Part shown: one piece after another, positions 27,714-40,018 of the stretch
How positions within the stretch are numbered: the stretch's first letter is position 1
Layout of the letters: the number at the start of each line of letters is the position of its first letter
NCBI GenBank assembly: GCA_033764955.1
Contig: JANRIL010000022.1
Location: 1 to 64,000 of the forward strand
Reading direction: 5' to 3'
Source of the DNA: Cyanobacteriota bacterium
GTDB lineage: Bacteria; Cyanobacteriota; Cyanobacteriia; Thermostichales; Thermostichaceae
Length of the DNA: 64,000 bases
Position numbers and translations under genes: made by a program
The notes under the pieces: model-generated
What the model saw: only the letters and a program-made list of their open reading frames with translations
Databases searched by the model: none
What the model was told of the DNA's origin: nothing

Positions 27714-30041
27714 ATGTCTATGTCGGAGAAGAAGTCATGGATAGGCACAGTTCGCCACCTCTGGCAAACCTGGAGGCAGCCCTCTATCCAAGCCACCGCT
27801 GTCCTAGAACGCCCGCAGCCTAGTTTACCCCAGCGCCTAGTTCATCTGCGGGTGATCGCCCCCGATAGCCCCCCTCAGATTGTTCTTCTAGAAGGTCAGG
27901 ATATCTATGTGGGTCGCAGTCGGCGCATCGCCACGATCCTGATTCCCGTCAACTCGGTCAGCCATATTCATGCCCGCATCCAAGAACGCCCACCTTTGGG
28001 AGGAAAGTGGGTGGGTAGGTGGGCTTATCTGGCTCCTGAGCGCTGGCTGGGCTGGCTGGGCTGGCATCGTCCCCGTTATGTGCTGGTGGATCAAGACTCT
28101 ACCAATGGGGTCTACCGCGGCAAACGACAGGTGAAGCGAGCTTACCTGCATCACAACCTCACCCTCACCCTTGGCCCCCCCAACGATCCCGACAGTGTCA
28201 AGTTACAGGTGATTGATCCGCCTCCCCGCTCCGTCTACATCGGACGAGGGATGGGGGTTGTGTTGGCTGTTCTGATATCCCTCGCTTTTTATGGGTTGAT
28301 GCAGGAGTGGAACCAGATCAGCGTGGATCCCTTGCCAGCGGGTACCCGTGGCCCGTTAGTCTTGTTGGCTGGGGATCAAAAAACTCCCCTGCGCCGCCAT
28401 CAAGCGGATGACTACCAATCGTTACCCAGCCTTCCGGATTTTGGGGCGATTTTGCCGAAGGTGGTGATTGCCTCCGAAGATCACCGGTTTTATTGGCATG
28501 GTGGTGTCGATATCACCGGTATTCTGCGTGCCCTCTGGGTAAATCTGCGGGCTGGAGAGGTGCAGCAGGGGGGTAGTTCCATCTCCCAACAACTGGCTCG
28601 CACCATTCTGCGGGACTATACCGGAACGGAAAATTCCCTAGAACGTAAATTTCGAGAGGCATTGGCGGCAGTCAAACTGGAAACCCATTACTCCAAGGAT
28701 CAGATCCTCACCCTCTACCTCAATAATGTCTATCTGGGTAATGGCATCTATGGATTTGAGAGTGCCGCCCAGTTTTACTTCGGGATCCCGGCCAAAAATC
28801 TGGATCTTTCCCAAGCCTCTACGCTCGTGGCGGTGTTGCCGGCTCCCAACGCCTTCAATCCGGTAGATAACCTGGATGTGGCTCTCAAAGGTCGAGATCG
28901 TGTTTTGGATCGCCTGCAAGAGCTGAGAATCTTTGCGCCTGAAGATATCCGCCGTGCCAAGCGCAGTCGCCTTACCCTCAACCCTCGCCTGGATGATCTG
29001 GGATCCACAGTGGCTCCCTATTTTTATAGTGCCGTGATCAGCGAACTAACCGATTTGCTGGGCAGTGATCTGACCAACGCCGGAAACTTTATTGTCGAGA
29101 CCAGCCTCAACCTGACGCTGCAAAAACTTGCCGAACAAGCCCTAGTCCAAACCATCGAAGCGGAGGGATCCCGTTCGGGGTTTCGCCAGGGTGCGCTCGT
29201 CACGCTGGATAGTCGTTCGGGGGAGGTGTTGGCGTTGGTGGGAGGAGCTAACTTTCAAGCCAGCCAGTTTAATCGGGTCACCCAAGCCCAACGTCAGCCG
29301 GGATCCACCTTCAAACTATTCACCTATACGGCGGCTCTGCAACAAGGGATCCCGCCCTTCCGCCTCTTTGACTGCACCCCCCTAACCTGGGGGAATCAAA
29401 CTTTTAATGGCTGTCGGCGAACCAATCAACCCATGAGCTTGGCGGAAGGACTGACCCTCTCTGAGAATGTGATTGCCCTACGGATTGCCCAAGAAATTGG
29501 CCTGAATCGGGTGATCGACATGGCGGAACTGCTGGGGATCCACTCACGGTTGTCCCCCTACCCGTCGATGGTGTTGGGAACGATAGAAACTAACCTGCTG
29601 GAGCTAACCGCCGCCTTCGGTGTGATTGCCAATCAAGGGGTGAGAACTCATCCCCACACCATTCGCCGCATTTTGGATAGCAGTGATTGTTATCAAGAAA
29701 ACACTCTCAAGGTCTGTCGAGAAATCTATCCCCTACAGGAGGATCCCAGCCAGCGATTACCTGTCTTAAGTCCTGAAATCGCCAACCAAATGACCCAACT
29801 CTTGCAGAATGTAGTCCGGTCAGGCACAGGGCAAAATGCCTATTTAGGGCTGGGAGAGGCAGGCAAAACAGGCACCACCACCGATAATAAAGATCTTTTG
29901 TTTGTCGGTTTTTTGCCTCGAATGGCCTTAGTAACAGGGGTTTGGCTGGGGAATGATGATGCGACTCCCACCCAAGGCAGTAGTGGTCAAGCCGCGCAAG
30001 TGTGGGGAAGCTACATGCGGCAGGCGGGGCAGATCAGGTGA
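27714..30041 (+). CDS. FHA-domain class A penicillin-binding protein (transglycosylase/transpeptidase)
   Basis: FHA GR..SxxH..NG, TM helix, EDHRF..H.GVD, GGSSISQQL, STFK, SEN, KTGTT. Confidence 0.93.
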   Translation: MSMSEKKSWIGTVRHLWQTWRQPSIQATAVLERPQPSLPQRLVHLRVIAPDSPPQIVLLEGQDIYVGRSRRIATILIPVNSVSHIHARIQERPPLGGKWVGRWAYLAPERWLGWLGWHRPRYVLVDQDSTNGVYRGKRQVKRAYLHHNLTLTLGPPNDPDSVKLQVIDPPPRSVYIGRGMGVVLAVLISLAFYGLMQEWNQISVDPLPAGTRGPLVLLAGDQKTPLRRHQADDYQSLPSLPDFGAILPKVVIASEDHRFYWHGGVDITGILRALWVNLRAGEVQQGGSSISQQLARTILRDYTGTENSLERKFREALAAVKLETHYSKDQILTLYLNNVYLGNGIYGFESAAQFYFGIPAKNLDLSQASTLVAVLPAPNAFNPVDNLDVALKGRDRVLDRLQELRIFAPEDIRRAKRSRLTLNPRLDDLGSTVAPYFYSAVISELTDLLGSDLTNAGNFIVETSLNLTLQKLAEQALVQTIEAEGSRSGFRQGALVTLDSRSGEVLALVGGANFQASQFNRVTQAQRQPGSTFKLFTYTAALQQGIPPFRLFDCTPLTWGNQTFNGCRRTNQPMSLAEGLTLSENVIALRIAQEIGLNRVIDMAELLGIHSRLSPYPSMVLGTIETNLLELTAAFGVIANQGVRTHPHTIRRILDSSDCYQENTLKVCREIYPLQEDPSQRLPVLSPEIANQMTQLLQNVVRSGTGQNAYLGLGEAGKTGTTTDNKDLLFVGFLPRMALVTGVWLGNDDATPTQGSSGQAAQVWGSYMRQAGQIR

Positions 30042-30064
30042 GATTAAGTTTTTAACCTGGGAGA

Positions 30065-30232
30065 CTAGGTTCTGTTGATCTTTTCCTTCAATCAGAAAAT
30101 ACCGCCAGTTCTAGACTCGGATCCCCCTAAATCCCCCTTAAAAAGGCGGACTTTGAATCCAGTTCCCCCCTTTCTTAAGGGGGGCTAGGGGGGATCTCTC
30201 CGGTTGCTTTGCTAAAGATCAACACGATCTAG
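30065..30232. mobile_element. 168-bp MITE-like element
   Basis: Imperfect 19-bp terminal inverted repeats CTAGGTTCTGTTGATCTTT / AAAGATCAACACGATCTAG (3 mismatches). Confidence 0.6.
30120..30196. repeat. Cyanobacterial palindromic short dispersed repeat
   Basis: GATCCCCCTAAATCCCCCTTAAAAAGG ... CCTTTCTTAAGGGGGGCTAGGGGGGATC; arms are mutually complementary. Confidence 0.7.
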
Positions 30233-30335
30233 TTTTTGGCTGCAGCTATCAGTGGCTAAACACAGCGGTTAGCTTAACGGCACAAAGTCCCGAAGGATGA
30301 GCAACAATACTCAATGAGGCTCAAGTATTCATCGC

Positions 30336-33300
30336 TTATTCATCCTCCTCCTCATCAGAATCTTCCTCCACATAAGGAGGCGTTGAGTCGTCAATCAGCT
30401 GATCATCGTCCAAAATCAGGCGAATGGGCAACTCAGGCACAATAGGCTCCTCTTCTTCCTCATAAGGTTCTGGCTCAGGGGGAAGTTCTTCATAGGTCGT
30501 GAAACCGGTACCAGCAGGAATCAAGCGACCGATGATCACATTTTCCTTCAAGCCACGTAACCAATCAGACTTACCCTCAATCGCTGCTTCTGTTAAGACG
30601 CGAGTGGTTTCCTGAAAGCTAGCTGCCGAGATAAAGCTATCCGTGTTCAAACTGGCCTTCGTGATCCCCAGCAGGACGGGGGTATATTGGGCGGGAGCAC
30701 CCCCCGTAATCGCCATCGTTGCGTTACTCTGCTGAATCTCCCGCAGTTCCACCAGTTCTCCGGGGAGCAAAATCGTATCTCCACTGTCATCCACCCGCAC
30801 TTTGGAGGTCATTTGCCTTACCACCACCTCAATGTGCTTGTCGGAAATTTCTACCCCCTGCGAACGATAGACATTTTGTACCTCGTTGACAAAGAAGCGT
30901 TGCACCTCCCGCAAAGCCCGCTGAGCAGCCAGATCTTCTCCCTCAACCAAGCGGTAATAGTCGTAGTAGCTATCTAAAATATCGTGAGGGTTGGCAGGAC
31001 CATCCGTGAGGGGTTCCCCCACTTCAACCGGTTGTCCATCCACGACAATCAAATTTTGCCCAGGCAAAACCCCATAACTCAGGATAGAACCATCCTGCTC
31101 CACCACTTTTAAGTCCGGCTCTTCCCCTCGCCAAGTCAATTGCACCGTGCCAGGACGCTTAGCTAAGATGCACATCTCTTTGGGTTTGCGGGCTTCCAGC
31201 AACTCTTCAATCCGAGGTAGCCCCTGGATAATATCTCCCGTTTTGGTGCGTTCAAACACCAACAGCCCCAAACTATCCCCCCGTTGCACCAGATCTCCAT
31301 CCGCCACCTGCAAAATAGCCCCTGGTGACATCAGATAGGGACGAGCCGTCCGCAGGATCAGGTGATCGGTAGCCACTTGCAAAACCTGACCGGATTCGGG
31401 AGCCGTCACCTCTCCCACCAATACATCCCCTGCCCGTACCAAATCCCCTGGTCGCAGCTCCGGTTGACTGGGGCAATCCAGCCGCATTTGGTCGTCTTCC
31501 GTAACAACCAGCAAGCGCCGCACGACCTCGGCTGCCTGTCGGATCCCTTGCACAATTCCCGATTTGCGAGCTTGAATTTCTGTGCGGGCTAGAATCGCGC
31601 CGGGAGCAATCGTATCGCCTTCTTCCACCAAAAGACGGGTGTGGGTGCTGCCCTGGGTAAGATCTGCTTCTACGTCTCGCCTCAGCAGCAGGGTTTCCAG
31701 AATGACCAGTTGCAACCGCTTGATCTCAGGGTTGCCTTCATCGCTGATCAACTCAATGTCAGCCCGCAGTTGGGGAGCCTCCGTATCAATCTCCAGCACC
31801 AATTGGGTCTTCAGGATTTCTACTCCTCCCACAGAGCGAACTCGTTCGCCATCCTTGAAAGGAACCCGTTGTACCGCCCGCAGCCGAATAGAGCGTCCAG
31901 CCTCATTGGTGGATTCCTGACTGGGCACCGAAGGCTCACTGGGAATTTCGTACTCTAACACCGGACGCAACAAGATAGCTGGACCTTCTGAGGTCTCAAT
32001 ATGTTCCACATAGACCAACTCTTGGGGGACGATGCTGCTCAGTACCGCCTGTCCCGGCTGAATGAGGGTGCCAGTTTTCACCTCCATGTCTACGGGATTA
32101 TCGATCAGGTGCAGACTACCGGGCTTGATCACAATTTCCCGCAGAATGTCATTTTTCTGGATAACTTCCACTACTCCACTATTTTGGGCAAAGATGTCCT
32201 TGACCACCTCAGTTCCGGCTTCCACAAATTGACCATCTTCCACATTCAACAAGGAAATATCTTTGTTGACCTCGTGGGTTTCTTCCGGGATCCACAGCAG
32301 GGTTCCCCCCTGAATCACCTCAAAGCCTTGTTTGGCTTTACCTCGTTTGGCCACTTCAATCCCTGCAAACTTGACCAATCCTCCAGTTTGGGTACGGAAA
32401 TCGCTTTCCACCAGTTCCGCGACCACTTCGTCGTTGCCCACCTTGGTGCCGGGGGTGGCCTTCAAAATGAATACCTGCCCACCACTAGTTTCGAGCAAAA
32501 ACTGTTCGCGGCCTTGATGGGATTCTCCCCGAACTCGTGCATCATCCAGCACCACCGAGGCATTGATGATCTCCACCTCCCGTCCACTCTTGATGTCTTG
32601 CCGTTGGGGTAGTCGAACAATTCCACCATGTTCGGTGAGGAGGGACGTTTGGGCAATCACGGCTCCCGATTCGATGCGATCCCCATTTTGCACGGTGGGC
32701 TCGGCTCCAGGGGGAAGGTTATATACCTGCCCAGACATGACCCAAATTAAGCCCTGGCGTTGGGCAATAAAGGTGATGTTGCCCTGACGGTCGGTTTTTT
32801 CTTCGATCAATAAATCGGTGAATTTTACCTCTCCCGCTAGATCGGACACCACTTCTTTCTGGGCTTTTTCGGTGGATTTGCGGGTGGCTTTACCCACGGG
32901 CACCTCTGCCAGCAATTGATCCGCCTTGACCTTAGCGCCATCTCTGACCATGAGAGTGGATCCCTGCGTGACCGAGAAGGTTTCCCGCTGACCATCGGAT
33001 CCCTCCAGAAGCAGATCGTGGTTGACCTCCACTTGAAAGGCATCGTCGCCGTGCTTGGTGCGGAGGGGGCGAGTTCGCAGACCACGGGCAAATTTCACTA
33101 CACCCGCAAAGGGAGCCTTGATTTGCTTGGCAACTTCGCCAGTAAAGACGCCGCCTGTGTGGAATGTCCGCATCGTCAACTGAGTGCCGGGTTCACCAAT
33201 CGATTGCGCGGCAATGATACCGACGGCCTCTCCCATATCTACAAGGTGAGAGTGGGCGAGACTCCAGCCATAACAGAGGCGACAGACGGAGCGATTAGCT

Positions 33301-34196
33301 TCACAGGTAAGGGGAGAGCGTACCATCACTTGCTTGATGCCCGCTTGATCAAACAGACGAGCCAAGTCGTGGTTAATTTCGGTGTTGCGAGCCGCCAGCA
33401 CTACTCCCGTTTCAGGGTGTACCACGTCCCGTGCTGTCACACGCCCCACCAACCGTTCTTCCAGCTTGACGACTGCTTTATCCCCTTCTATCAGGGTTTC
33501 TAGGACAATGCCACGATCGGTACCACAGTCTTGCTCTCGCACGATCACATCCTGGGATACATCCACCAAACGGCGAGTCAGATAGCCGGAGTCTGCCGTG
33601 CGGAGGGCGGTATCCACCAATCCTTTACGGGCACCGTAGGAAGAAATAATGTACTCGGTAACGGTCAGACCCTCACGGAAGTTCGTTTTGATAGGCAAGT
33701 CGATAATTTCTCCCTGTGGATTAGCCATCAACCCACGCATCCCCACCAGTTGGCGCACCTGAGAGACATTTCCCCTGGCTCCCGAATTGGCCATCATGTA
33801 GACCGAATTGAGCGGATCATTTTGTTTGAAATTGCTGAGCATTTCATCTTTGATCTCGTCATTGGTCTGGTTCCAGGTGTCAATCACTTTTTGGTAGCGC
33901 TCTACCTCGGTGATCTCACCACGGGTGTAGCGATCCTGTGCCGCCTCGATCTCTAACTCTGCTTTAGCTAAAAGTTCCTGCTTGCGGGGAGGAACTTGTA
34001 AATCTTCCACGCTGATCGAGACTGCCGCCCGCGTGGCATATCGGAAGCCCATCGTTTTTAGCTCATCGGCCATCTGAGCTGTACGAGCCGTGCCATAGTG
34101 GGAAAAAGCCCAGGCAATCAAGCTCCGCAATTCTTTTTTGCCGACTTGATAGTTGCGAAAAGGGATCTGCTGAGGAGAAGACATTGGCTCTTTCAT
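30336..34196 (-). CDS. rpoC2: RNA polymerase beta'' subunit
   Basis: [34 protein letters not shown], large SI3 insertion, SAASFQETT. Confidence 0.98.
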   Translation of the reverse strand: MKEPMSSPQQIPFRNYQVGKKELRSLIAWAFSHYGTARTAQMADELKTMGFRYATRAAVSISVEDLQVPPRKQELLAKAELEIEAAQDRYTRGEITEVERYQKVIDTWNQTNDEIKDEMLSNFKQNDPLNSVYMMANSGARGNVSQVRQLVGMRGLMANPQGEIIDLPIKTNFREGLTVTEYIISSYGARKGLVDTALRTADSGYLTRRLVDVSQDVIVREQDCGTDRGIVLETLIEGDKAVVKLEERLVGRVTARDVVHPETGVVLAARNTEINHDLARLFDQAGIKQVMVRSPLTCEANRSVCRLCYGWSLAHSHLVDMGEAVGIIAAQSIGEPGTQLTMRTFHTGGVFTGEVAKQIKAPFAGVVKFARGLRTRPLRTKHGDDAFQVEVNHDLLLEGSDGQRETFSVTQGSTLMVRDGAKVKADQLLAEVPVGKATRKSTEKAQKEVVSDLAGEVKFTDLLIEEKTDRQGNITFIAQRQGLIWVMSGQVYNLPPGAEPTVQNGDRIESGAVIAQTSLLTEHGGIVRLPQRQDIKSGREVEIINASVVLDDARVRGESHQGREQFLLETSGGQVFILKATPGTKVGNDEVVAELVESDFRTQTGGLVKFAGIEVAKRGKAKQGFEVIQGGTLLWIPEETHEVNKDISLLNVEDGQFVEAGTEVVKDIFAQNSGVVEVIQKNDILREIVIKPGSLHLIDNPVDMEVKTGTLIQPGQAVLSSIVPQELVYVEHIETSEGPAILLRPVLEYEIPSEPSVPSQESTNEAGRSIRLRAVQRVPFKDGERVRSVGGVEILKTQLVLEIDTEAPQLRADIELISDEGNPEIKRLQLVILETLLLRRDVEADLTQGSTHTRLLVEEGDTIAPGAILARTEIQARKSGIVQGIRQAAEVVRRLLVVTEDDQMRLDCPSQPELRPGDLVRAGDVLVGEVTAPESGQVLQVATDHLILRTARPYLMSPGAILQVADGDLVQRGDSLGLLVFERTKTGDIIQGLPRIEELLEARKPKEMCILAKRPGTVQLTWRGEEPDLKVVEQDGSILSYGVLPGQNLIVVDGQPVEVGEPLTDGPANPHDILDSYYDYYRLVEGEDLAAQRALREVQRFFVNEVQNVYRSQGVEISDKHIEVVVRQMTSKVRVDDSGDTILLPGELVELREIQQSNATMAITGGAPAQYTPVLLGITKASLNTDSFISAASFQETTRVLTEAAIEGKSDWLRGLKENVIIGRLIPAGTGFTTYEELPPEPEPYEEEEEPIVPELPIRLILDDDQLIDDSTPPYVEEDSDEEEDE

Positions 34197-34310
34197 GATT
34201 GCCTCAAGGTGCAAAGAGAACAGGATTATTCAGCCGAGAAAACAGGGAAGGGATACCACTGAAGGGGGATTCAGACCAGCAACCAACCAACAAAAAACCA
34301 AGGAATACCC

Positions 34311-36212
34311 TTACATGGCCAGGGCTTCTTGAATGACTTTGTTGAAAATAATCCGACCAGGCGTAGTGTAGATAAATTGGGAAATCAGGGATCCGTCGGC
34401 TTGTTGGCGAACTTTGCGAACGGGTTGGCCTTTTTCAGTGGTGTATTCAATGATGCGGATCCCACCTGGTTCCTCGCGGGTTTGGGAAATAACTTCTTTC
34501 TCCCCCCGACCCAAATCCAGTTGTCCCTGGTAGCGCACCCAAATACAAGCGTGTAAATCCACTAGCCCACGATCATAGGCCACCACCACATCATCCAAGC
34601 TGGCAAAGTATTTGCCCTGACCTTTCTGTTTGCCCGGATTATCCGCCGTCAGGTAGTAGCACCCCAGCACCATATCTTGGCTGGGGGTAACAATAGGTGT
34701 ACCCGTCGCCGGAGACAGTAGATTGTTAGAGGCCAGCATCAACAGACGCGCTTCTGCCTGCGACTCTAGGGAGAGGGGCACATGTACAGCCATTTGATCG
34801 CCGTCAAAGTCGGCATTAAATGCCGGACAAACCAGGGGGTGGAGTTGAATGGCTCGCCCTTCTACGAGGATGGGTTCAAAGGCTTGGATGCCAAGACGGT
34901 GCAGGGTTGGAGCGCGGTTCAACAGAACCGGATGCCCGTCGATCACCTCCTCCAAGACATCCCATATGGAGGGATCATTTTGCTGGATGAGCTTTTTGGC
35001 CGCTTTGATATTGTTGACTACTCCCCGCTTAATCAACTTGTGAATGACAAAGGGTTGAAACAACTCAATGGCCATCTCTTTGGGCAATCCGCATTGGTGC
35101 ATTTTTAGGCTAGGTCCGACCACAATGACCGAACGACCAGAGTAGTCAACGCGCTTGCCCAAAAGGTTTTGCCGGAATCGTCCTTGCTTGCCTTCGATAA
35201 TGTCGGAAAGGGATTTGAGGGGACGGTTGTTGGCTCCCACCACCGTTCTGCCTCGTCGCCCATTGTCAATCAGCGCATCGACAGCTTCTTGCAACATCCG
35301 CTTCTCGTTCCGCACGATGATTTCTGGAGCCAGAATTTCTTGCAGACGACCCAGACGGTTGTTGCGGTTGATCACACGGCGGTAGAGATCATTTAAGTCA
35401 GAAGTGGCAAAGCGTCCCCCATCCAGTTGCACCATGGGGCGTAGATCCGGCGGAATGACCGGGATCACCTGCAAGACCATCCACTCCGGGCGAGATTTAG
35501 TGGCGATAAAGTTATCGATCACCCGTAACCGCTTGATCAGACGCGCCCGCTTCTGCCCTTTCGAGGTGTTGATACCCTCCCGCAGTTCTTCTGCTTCCTG
35601 CTCCAGTTGAATATCTTTGAGCAGTCGCTCGATGGCCTCGGCTCCGATCATCGCCCAGTTTTGAGGCAGTTGCAGATCAGATCCCTCTTCGTACATCTGA
35701 TCTTCAATTTCTAGGAACTGATCTTCTGTCAACAGTTGTTTGTAGGAGAGATTCTGGGCGTTGCCGGGATCCACTACTACATAGGCGTTGAAATAAACTA
35801 CCTGTTCCACATCGCGCAGCGGCATATCCAGGAGGGTGGCAATGTGGCTGGGGATCCCTTTTAGATACCAGACGTGGGTGACGGGTGCCGCCAGATCGAT
35901 ATAGCCCATGCGATGCCGCCGTACCCGTGATTCGGTCACCTCTACCCCACAGCGTTCACAGACGATGCCCCGATGACGGACTCGTTTGTACTTTCCACAG
36001 TGGCATTCCCAGTCCTTGGCTGGGCCAAAAATCCGCTCGCAAAACAAGCCATCCATTTCTGGCTTGAGGGTACGGTAGTTGATGGTCTCCGGCTTGGTCA
36101 CTTCCCCTACGGTTTGTCCATTGGGAAGGGTACGTTGCCCCCACTGCATGATCCGTTCCGGTGAGGCAATACCGATTTTGACAAAATCAAATCGCTGTTC
36201 AATCTTAGCCAT
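34311..36212 (-). CDS. rpoC1: RNA polymerase gamma subunit
   Basis: KPETINYRT, Zn-finger cysteines, NADFDGD. Confidence 0.98.
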   Translation of the reverse strand: MAKIEQRFDFVKIGIASPERIMQWGQRTLPNGQTVGEVTKPETINYRTLKPEMDGLFCERIFGPAKDWECHCGKYKRVRHRGIVCERCGVEVTESRVRRHRMGYIDLAAPVTHVWYLKGIPSHIATLLDMPLRDVEQVVYFNAYVVVDPGNAQNLSYKQLLTEDQFLEIEDQMYEEGSDLQLPQNWAMIGAEAIERLLKDIQLEQEAEELREGINTSKGQKRARLIKRLRVIDNFIATKSRPEWMVLQVIPVIPPDLRPMVQLDGGRFATSDLNDLYRRVINRNNRLGRLQEILAPEIIVRNEKRMLQEAVDALIDNGRRGRTVVGANNRPLKSLSDIIEGKQGRFRQNLLGKRVDYSGRSVIVVGPSLKMHQCGLPKEMAIELFQPFVIHKLIKRGVVNNIKAAKKLIQQNDPSIWDVLEEVIDGHPVLLNRAPTLHRLGIQAFEPILVEGRAIQLHPLVCPAFNADFDGDQMAVHVPLSLESQAEARLLMLASNNLLSPATGTPIVTPSQDMVLGCYYLTADNPGKQKGQGKYFASLDDVVVAYDRGLVDLHACIWVRYQGQLDLGRGEKEVISQTREEPGGIRIIEYTTEKGQPVRKVRQQADGSLISQFIYTTPGRIIFNKVIQEALAM

Positions 36213-36412
36213 AGCTGATCTTGGCTCCTAAACAAAGGCGGGCAGATAACCAAATGGTGCAAAACTTTCAGGACAATTTTTCACAGTCATTCATGCAGGT
36301 TTTTCAGGGATGAGGAGAGAGACAAATCCGTCAGATATTAACCAATTGCCCCAGGCTGAGGGATCCCACTCTGGAGGGGCTGACCCATCCAGCCCCATCA
36401 GTTGCACAGATG

Positions 36413-39400
36413 CTAGTAATCGTCCTCAAATTCCTCGTCATCCTCATCATGGCTGGGGCGGCTCCCATAGCTATAGTTGGCTGCCGGAGTCGGTTGCAAA
36501 TCCTCATGGGTGACGGATTCGTAGGTGGGACGAGAGGGAGTATGGCGAGTAGACACATCCGCCATCAGATCCGCTTCCACATCACGGGTTTGTCCATCCT
36601 CCCCAAATTCCACTTTGTGAACAGACACATCCAACCCTAGAGATTGCAACTCTCGTACTAACACCTTGAAGGATTCCGGGGTTCCCGGTCGGGGAATGGG
36701 TCGCCCTTTGACAATGGCATTGAGTGCTTCATTGCGACCAACCATATCATCCGACTTGACGGTTAACAGTTCCTGTAGGGTGTAGGCGGCTCCAAAAGCC
36801 TCCAGTGCCCATACCTCCATCTCGCCAAATCGCTGGCCTCCCTGCTGGGCTTTGCCTCCCAAGGGCTGTTGGGTGACGAGGGAATAGGGACCGGTGGAGC
36901 GGGCATGAATTTTGTCATCCACAAGATGCACCAGCTTCAACATGTAGGCTCGCCCAACTGTGACGGGCTGATCGAATAACTCGCCTGTACGTCCGTCATA
37001 AACCGGAATTTTGCCGCGATATTTGCCGGAATCCGTAAAGACCCACCCTTCTCCACGCTGGGAACGGGCTTCCTTCAGCTTGCCTTCCACTGTCAAGCGG
37101 GAGGTCTCTTTGCCATGCATTTCATCAAAGGGCATCAACTTAAAGCGAACCCCCAAATTCTCGGCAGCCCAGCCTAGCAAGCACTCAAACACCTGTCCGA
37201 CATTCATACGGGAGGGTACTCCCAGTGGGTTGAGCACAATGTCTACCGGAGTGCCATCGGGTAAGTAGGGCATATCTTCAATCGGCAAAATGCGCGAGAT
37301 GATCCCCTTGTTGCCGTGCCGTCCGGCAATCTTATCACCCACTTGAATCTTGCGCTTGAGGGCAACATAGACGCGCACCACCATATTGGCTCCGGGGGGC
37401 AATTCATCCCCCTGCTCACGGGTAAACACCCGCACATCCACAACGCGACCCCGCTCCCCGTTGGGTACTCGCAATGAGTTATCCCGCACATCACGAGCTT
37501 TCTCGCCAAAAATCGCCCGTAGCAAGCGTTCTTCCGGGGGCTGATCGGACTCTCCTTTGGGGGTGACCTTGCCTACCAAAATATCACCGGACTCCACCCA
37601 GGCTCCCACTCGCACGATCCCTTGTTCATCTAGGTTGCGGAGGGCATCTTCCCCTACATTGGGGATTTCACGGGTAATCTCTTCGGGGCCAAGCTTGGTT
37701 TGCCGCGCTTCAATTTCGTGCTTTTCAATGTGAACGGAGGTGAAAACATCATCGTAAACCAGCCTTTCACTGATCAGGATGGCGTCTTCGTAGTTGTAGC
37801 CCTCCCATGGCATGTAGGCCAGTAGAACGTTTTGACCCAGCGCTAACTCTCCCCCATTGGTGGCAGGCCCGTCTCCCAAAACCTGTCCGGCGACTACCCG
37901 ATCTCCTTTGTGAACAAGCGGGCGTTGATTGAGGCAGGTATCTTGGTTTGACCGCTGATATTTTTGCAGCCGATAAACAATTTGTTCGGCGGTATTGTCC
38001 GGTTGAACAATAATTTCATCAGCAGAAACATAGGTGACAACCCCGTTGGTACGGGACACCACAACCATGCCGGAGTCACGGGCGGCTTGCGCCTCCAAGC
38101 CGGTTCCCACGTAGGGGCGATCGGGCTTGAGTAGAGGCACCGCCTGCCGTTGCATGTTGGCTCCCATCAGGGCACGGTTGGCATCGTCATGCTCCAAAAA
38201 AGGAATCAGAGAGGTTGCCACCGAGATCACCTGCACCGGAGAAACCTGCACATAATTCACCTCTTGCGGGTGAGCCGTACCGAATTCTTGTCGATAGCGG
38301 ACGGGGACTAATTCTCCCAAAATTTTGCCGGATGCATCCACAGGCACATCTCCGGGGGCAACGCGGTACTCGTCCTCTTCATCGGCGGTCAGGTAGACGG
38401 ATCCCAAATCCTTGCGAACCACGCCATTCTCCACCCGATAATAGGGACTTTCAATAAATCCGTATTGATTGACACGGGCATGGGTCGCCAGGGATCCGAT
38501 CAAGCCTGCGTTGGGGCCTTCTGGGGTCTCGATGGGGCAAATGCGTCCGTAGTGGCTGGGGTGAATGTCGCGGACTGCAAAACCAGCCCGTTCCCGGCTA
38601 AGTCCTCCAGGTCCAAGGGCAGACAAACGCCGCTTATGGGTTAACTCGGCCAGAGGATTGGTTTGATCCATGAACTGAGACAGTTGGCTGGAACCAAAAA
38701 ACTCCTTGATGGCGGCCACTAAGGGCTTGGGGTTAACCAAAGAGGCCGGGGTGAGGGTTTCTGACTCCGACACCGTCATCCGCTCCCGAATAATCCGCTC
38801 CAGCCGATTGAGACCCACCCGCACCTGGTTTTGCAACAACTCCCCCACGGAGCGAACCCGTCGATTGCCTAGGTGATCGATGTCATCCACATGACCGATA
38901 TCAAACTCCAGGTTGATCAGGTAATCAATCACCGCCAGGATGTCGTTGTGGGTCAGCACCCGCACGTTCTCAGGCACCGTCAGATTGAGCTTACGGTTGA
39001 GCTTGTAGCGCCCCACCCGCCCCAGATCATAGCGACGGGGATCAAAGAAGCGAGTTTCAAGGAGCTGTTGTCCACCGGAAACCGTGGGGGGTTCACCGGG
39101 GCGCAACTTGCGATAAAGCTCCATAAGGGCTTCATCTTCGCTGTACTGACCTTCTTTTTCAAGAGTTTTTTGAAAATATTCAGGATGACGCAGGCCGTCA
39201 TAGATTTCCGACTCGCTCAGACCGAGAGCCTTTAACAAAACGGCAGCCGATAACTTGCGGGTTTTATCGATGCGAACCCAAACCAAGTTGTTTTTATCCG
39301 TTTCAAACTTTAACCATGCCCCTCGGTTGGGAATTAGGCTGGCACTGTAGGTTCGCCGACCATTTTTGTCCAGATCCGCTTTGTAGTATACCCCTGGACT

Positions 39401-39814
39401 ACGGACAATTTGGTTGACGATCACCCGCTCCGCACCATTGATAATAAACGTCCCCCGATCCGTCATCAGAGGCAGTTCCCCGATGAAGACGTTCATATCT
39501 TTAATTTCGCCCGTTTCTTTGTTGATTAGACGGGTTGGAACGCGAATTTGAGCTTGGTAAGTAGCATCACGGCGTTTGGCTTCGTCAGGATCGTAACGGG
39601 GTTGATGAACCTTGTAGCCTTTGGAGGTATCGCCCAATCGAAAGTCAGGCAAAAAATGTAGCTCGAGTTTTCCGGTATAGTCAATGATCGGGGAGAAACT
39701 GAGGAGTTCTTCTTCAAATCCTTCGCTCAGGAACCATAAAAAGCTCTCCCGCTGAATCTCAACCAAGTCTGGGAAGGTTTGAGCGGAAGTCATGTGAGCT
39801 ATTTGTGTTGTCAT
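36413..39814 (-). CDS. rpoB: RNA polymerase beta subunit
   Basis: [40 protein letters not shown]. Confidence 0.99.
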   Translation of the reverse strand: MTTQIAHMTSAQTFPDLVEIQRESFLWFLSEGFEEELLSFSPIIDYTGKLELHFLPDFRLGDTSKGYKVHQPRYDPDEAKRRDATYQAQIRVPTRLINKETGEIKDMNVFIGELPLMTDRGTFIINGAERVIVNQIVRSPGVYYKADLDKNGRRTYSASLIPNRGAWLKFETDKNNLVWVRIDKTRKLSAAVLLKALGLSESEIYDGLRHPEYFQKTLEKEGQYSEDEALMELYRKLRPGEPPTVSGGQQLLETRFFDPRRYDLGRVGRYKLNRKLNLTVPENVRVLTHNDILAVIDYLINLEFDIGHVDDIDHLGNRRVRSVGELLQNQVRVGLNRLERIIRERMTVSESETLTPASLVNPKPLVAAIKEFFGSSQLSQFMDQTNPLAELTHKRRLSALGPGGLSRERAGFAVRDIHPSHYGRICPIETPEGPNAGLIGSLATHARVNQYGFIESPYYRVENGVVRKDLGSVYLTADEEDEYRVAPGDVPVDASGKILGELVPVRYRQEFGTAHPQEVNYVQVSPVQVISVATSLIPFLEHDDANRALMGANMQRQAVPLLKPDRPYVGTGLEAQAARDSGMVVVSRTNGVVTYVSADEIIVQPDNTAEQIVYRLQKYQRSNQDTCLNQRPLVHKGDRVVAGQVLGDGPATNGGELALGQNVLLAYMPWEGYNYEDAILISERLVYDDVFTSVHIEKHEIEARQTKLGPEEITREIPNVGEDALRNLDEQGIVRVGAWVESGDILVGKVTPKGESDQPPEERLLRAIFGEKARDVRDNSLRVPNGERGRVVDVRVFTREQGDELPPGANMVVRVYVALKRKIQVGDKIAGRHGNKGIISRILPIEDMPYLPDGTPVDIVLNPLGVPSRMNVGQVFECLLGWAAENLGVRFKLMPFDEMHGKETSRLTVEGKLKEARSQRGEGWVFTDSGKYRGKIPVYDGRTGELFDQPVTVGRAYMLKLVHLVDDKIHARSTGPYSLVTQQPLGGKAQQGGQRFGEMEVWALEAFGAAYTLQELLTVKSDDMVGRNEALNAIVKGRPIPRPGTPESFKVLVRELQSLGLDVSVHKVEFGEDGQTRDVEADLMADVSTRHTPSRPTYESVTHEDLQPTPAANYSYGSRPSHDEDDEEFEDDY

Positions 39815-40018
39815 GCGTCTCTCGATGAAGGTCGCACTGGAGTCAGGTCTTCAATTATAGAAAGCGAGACCCCAACCGTCAACCAAGTGGCCAACTCTGC
39901 CCGCCCTGTGAGAGGGAACAGCCAACCAATTGGTTTATGAGGATTGTATTGAGATTCTTTCCATCATGAGGGGATCGGGGGGGATTGTCTAGTCCTGTGC
40001 TTTGCCAAGCGGACAATC

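Noticed and set aside
30336..39814. Inteins/introns in rpo genes, and the many antisense ORFs
   Set aside because: Lengths and motifs are normal for cyanobacteria. The antisense ORFs are shadows of conserved coding sequence.
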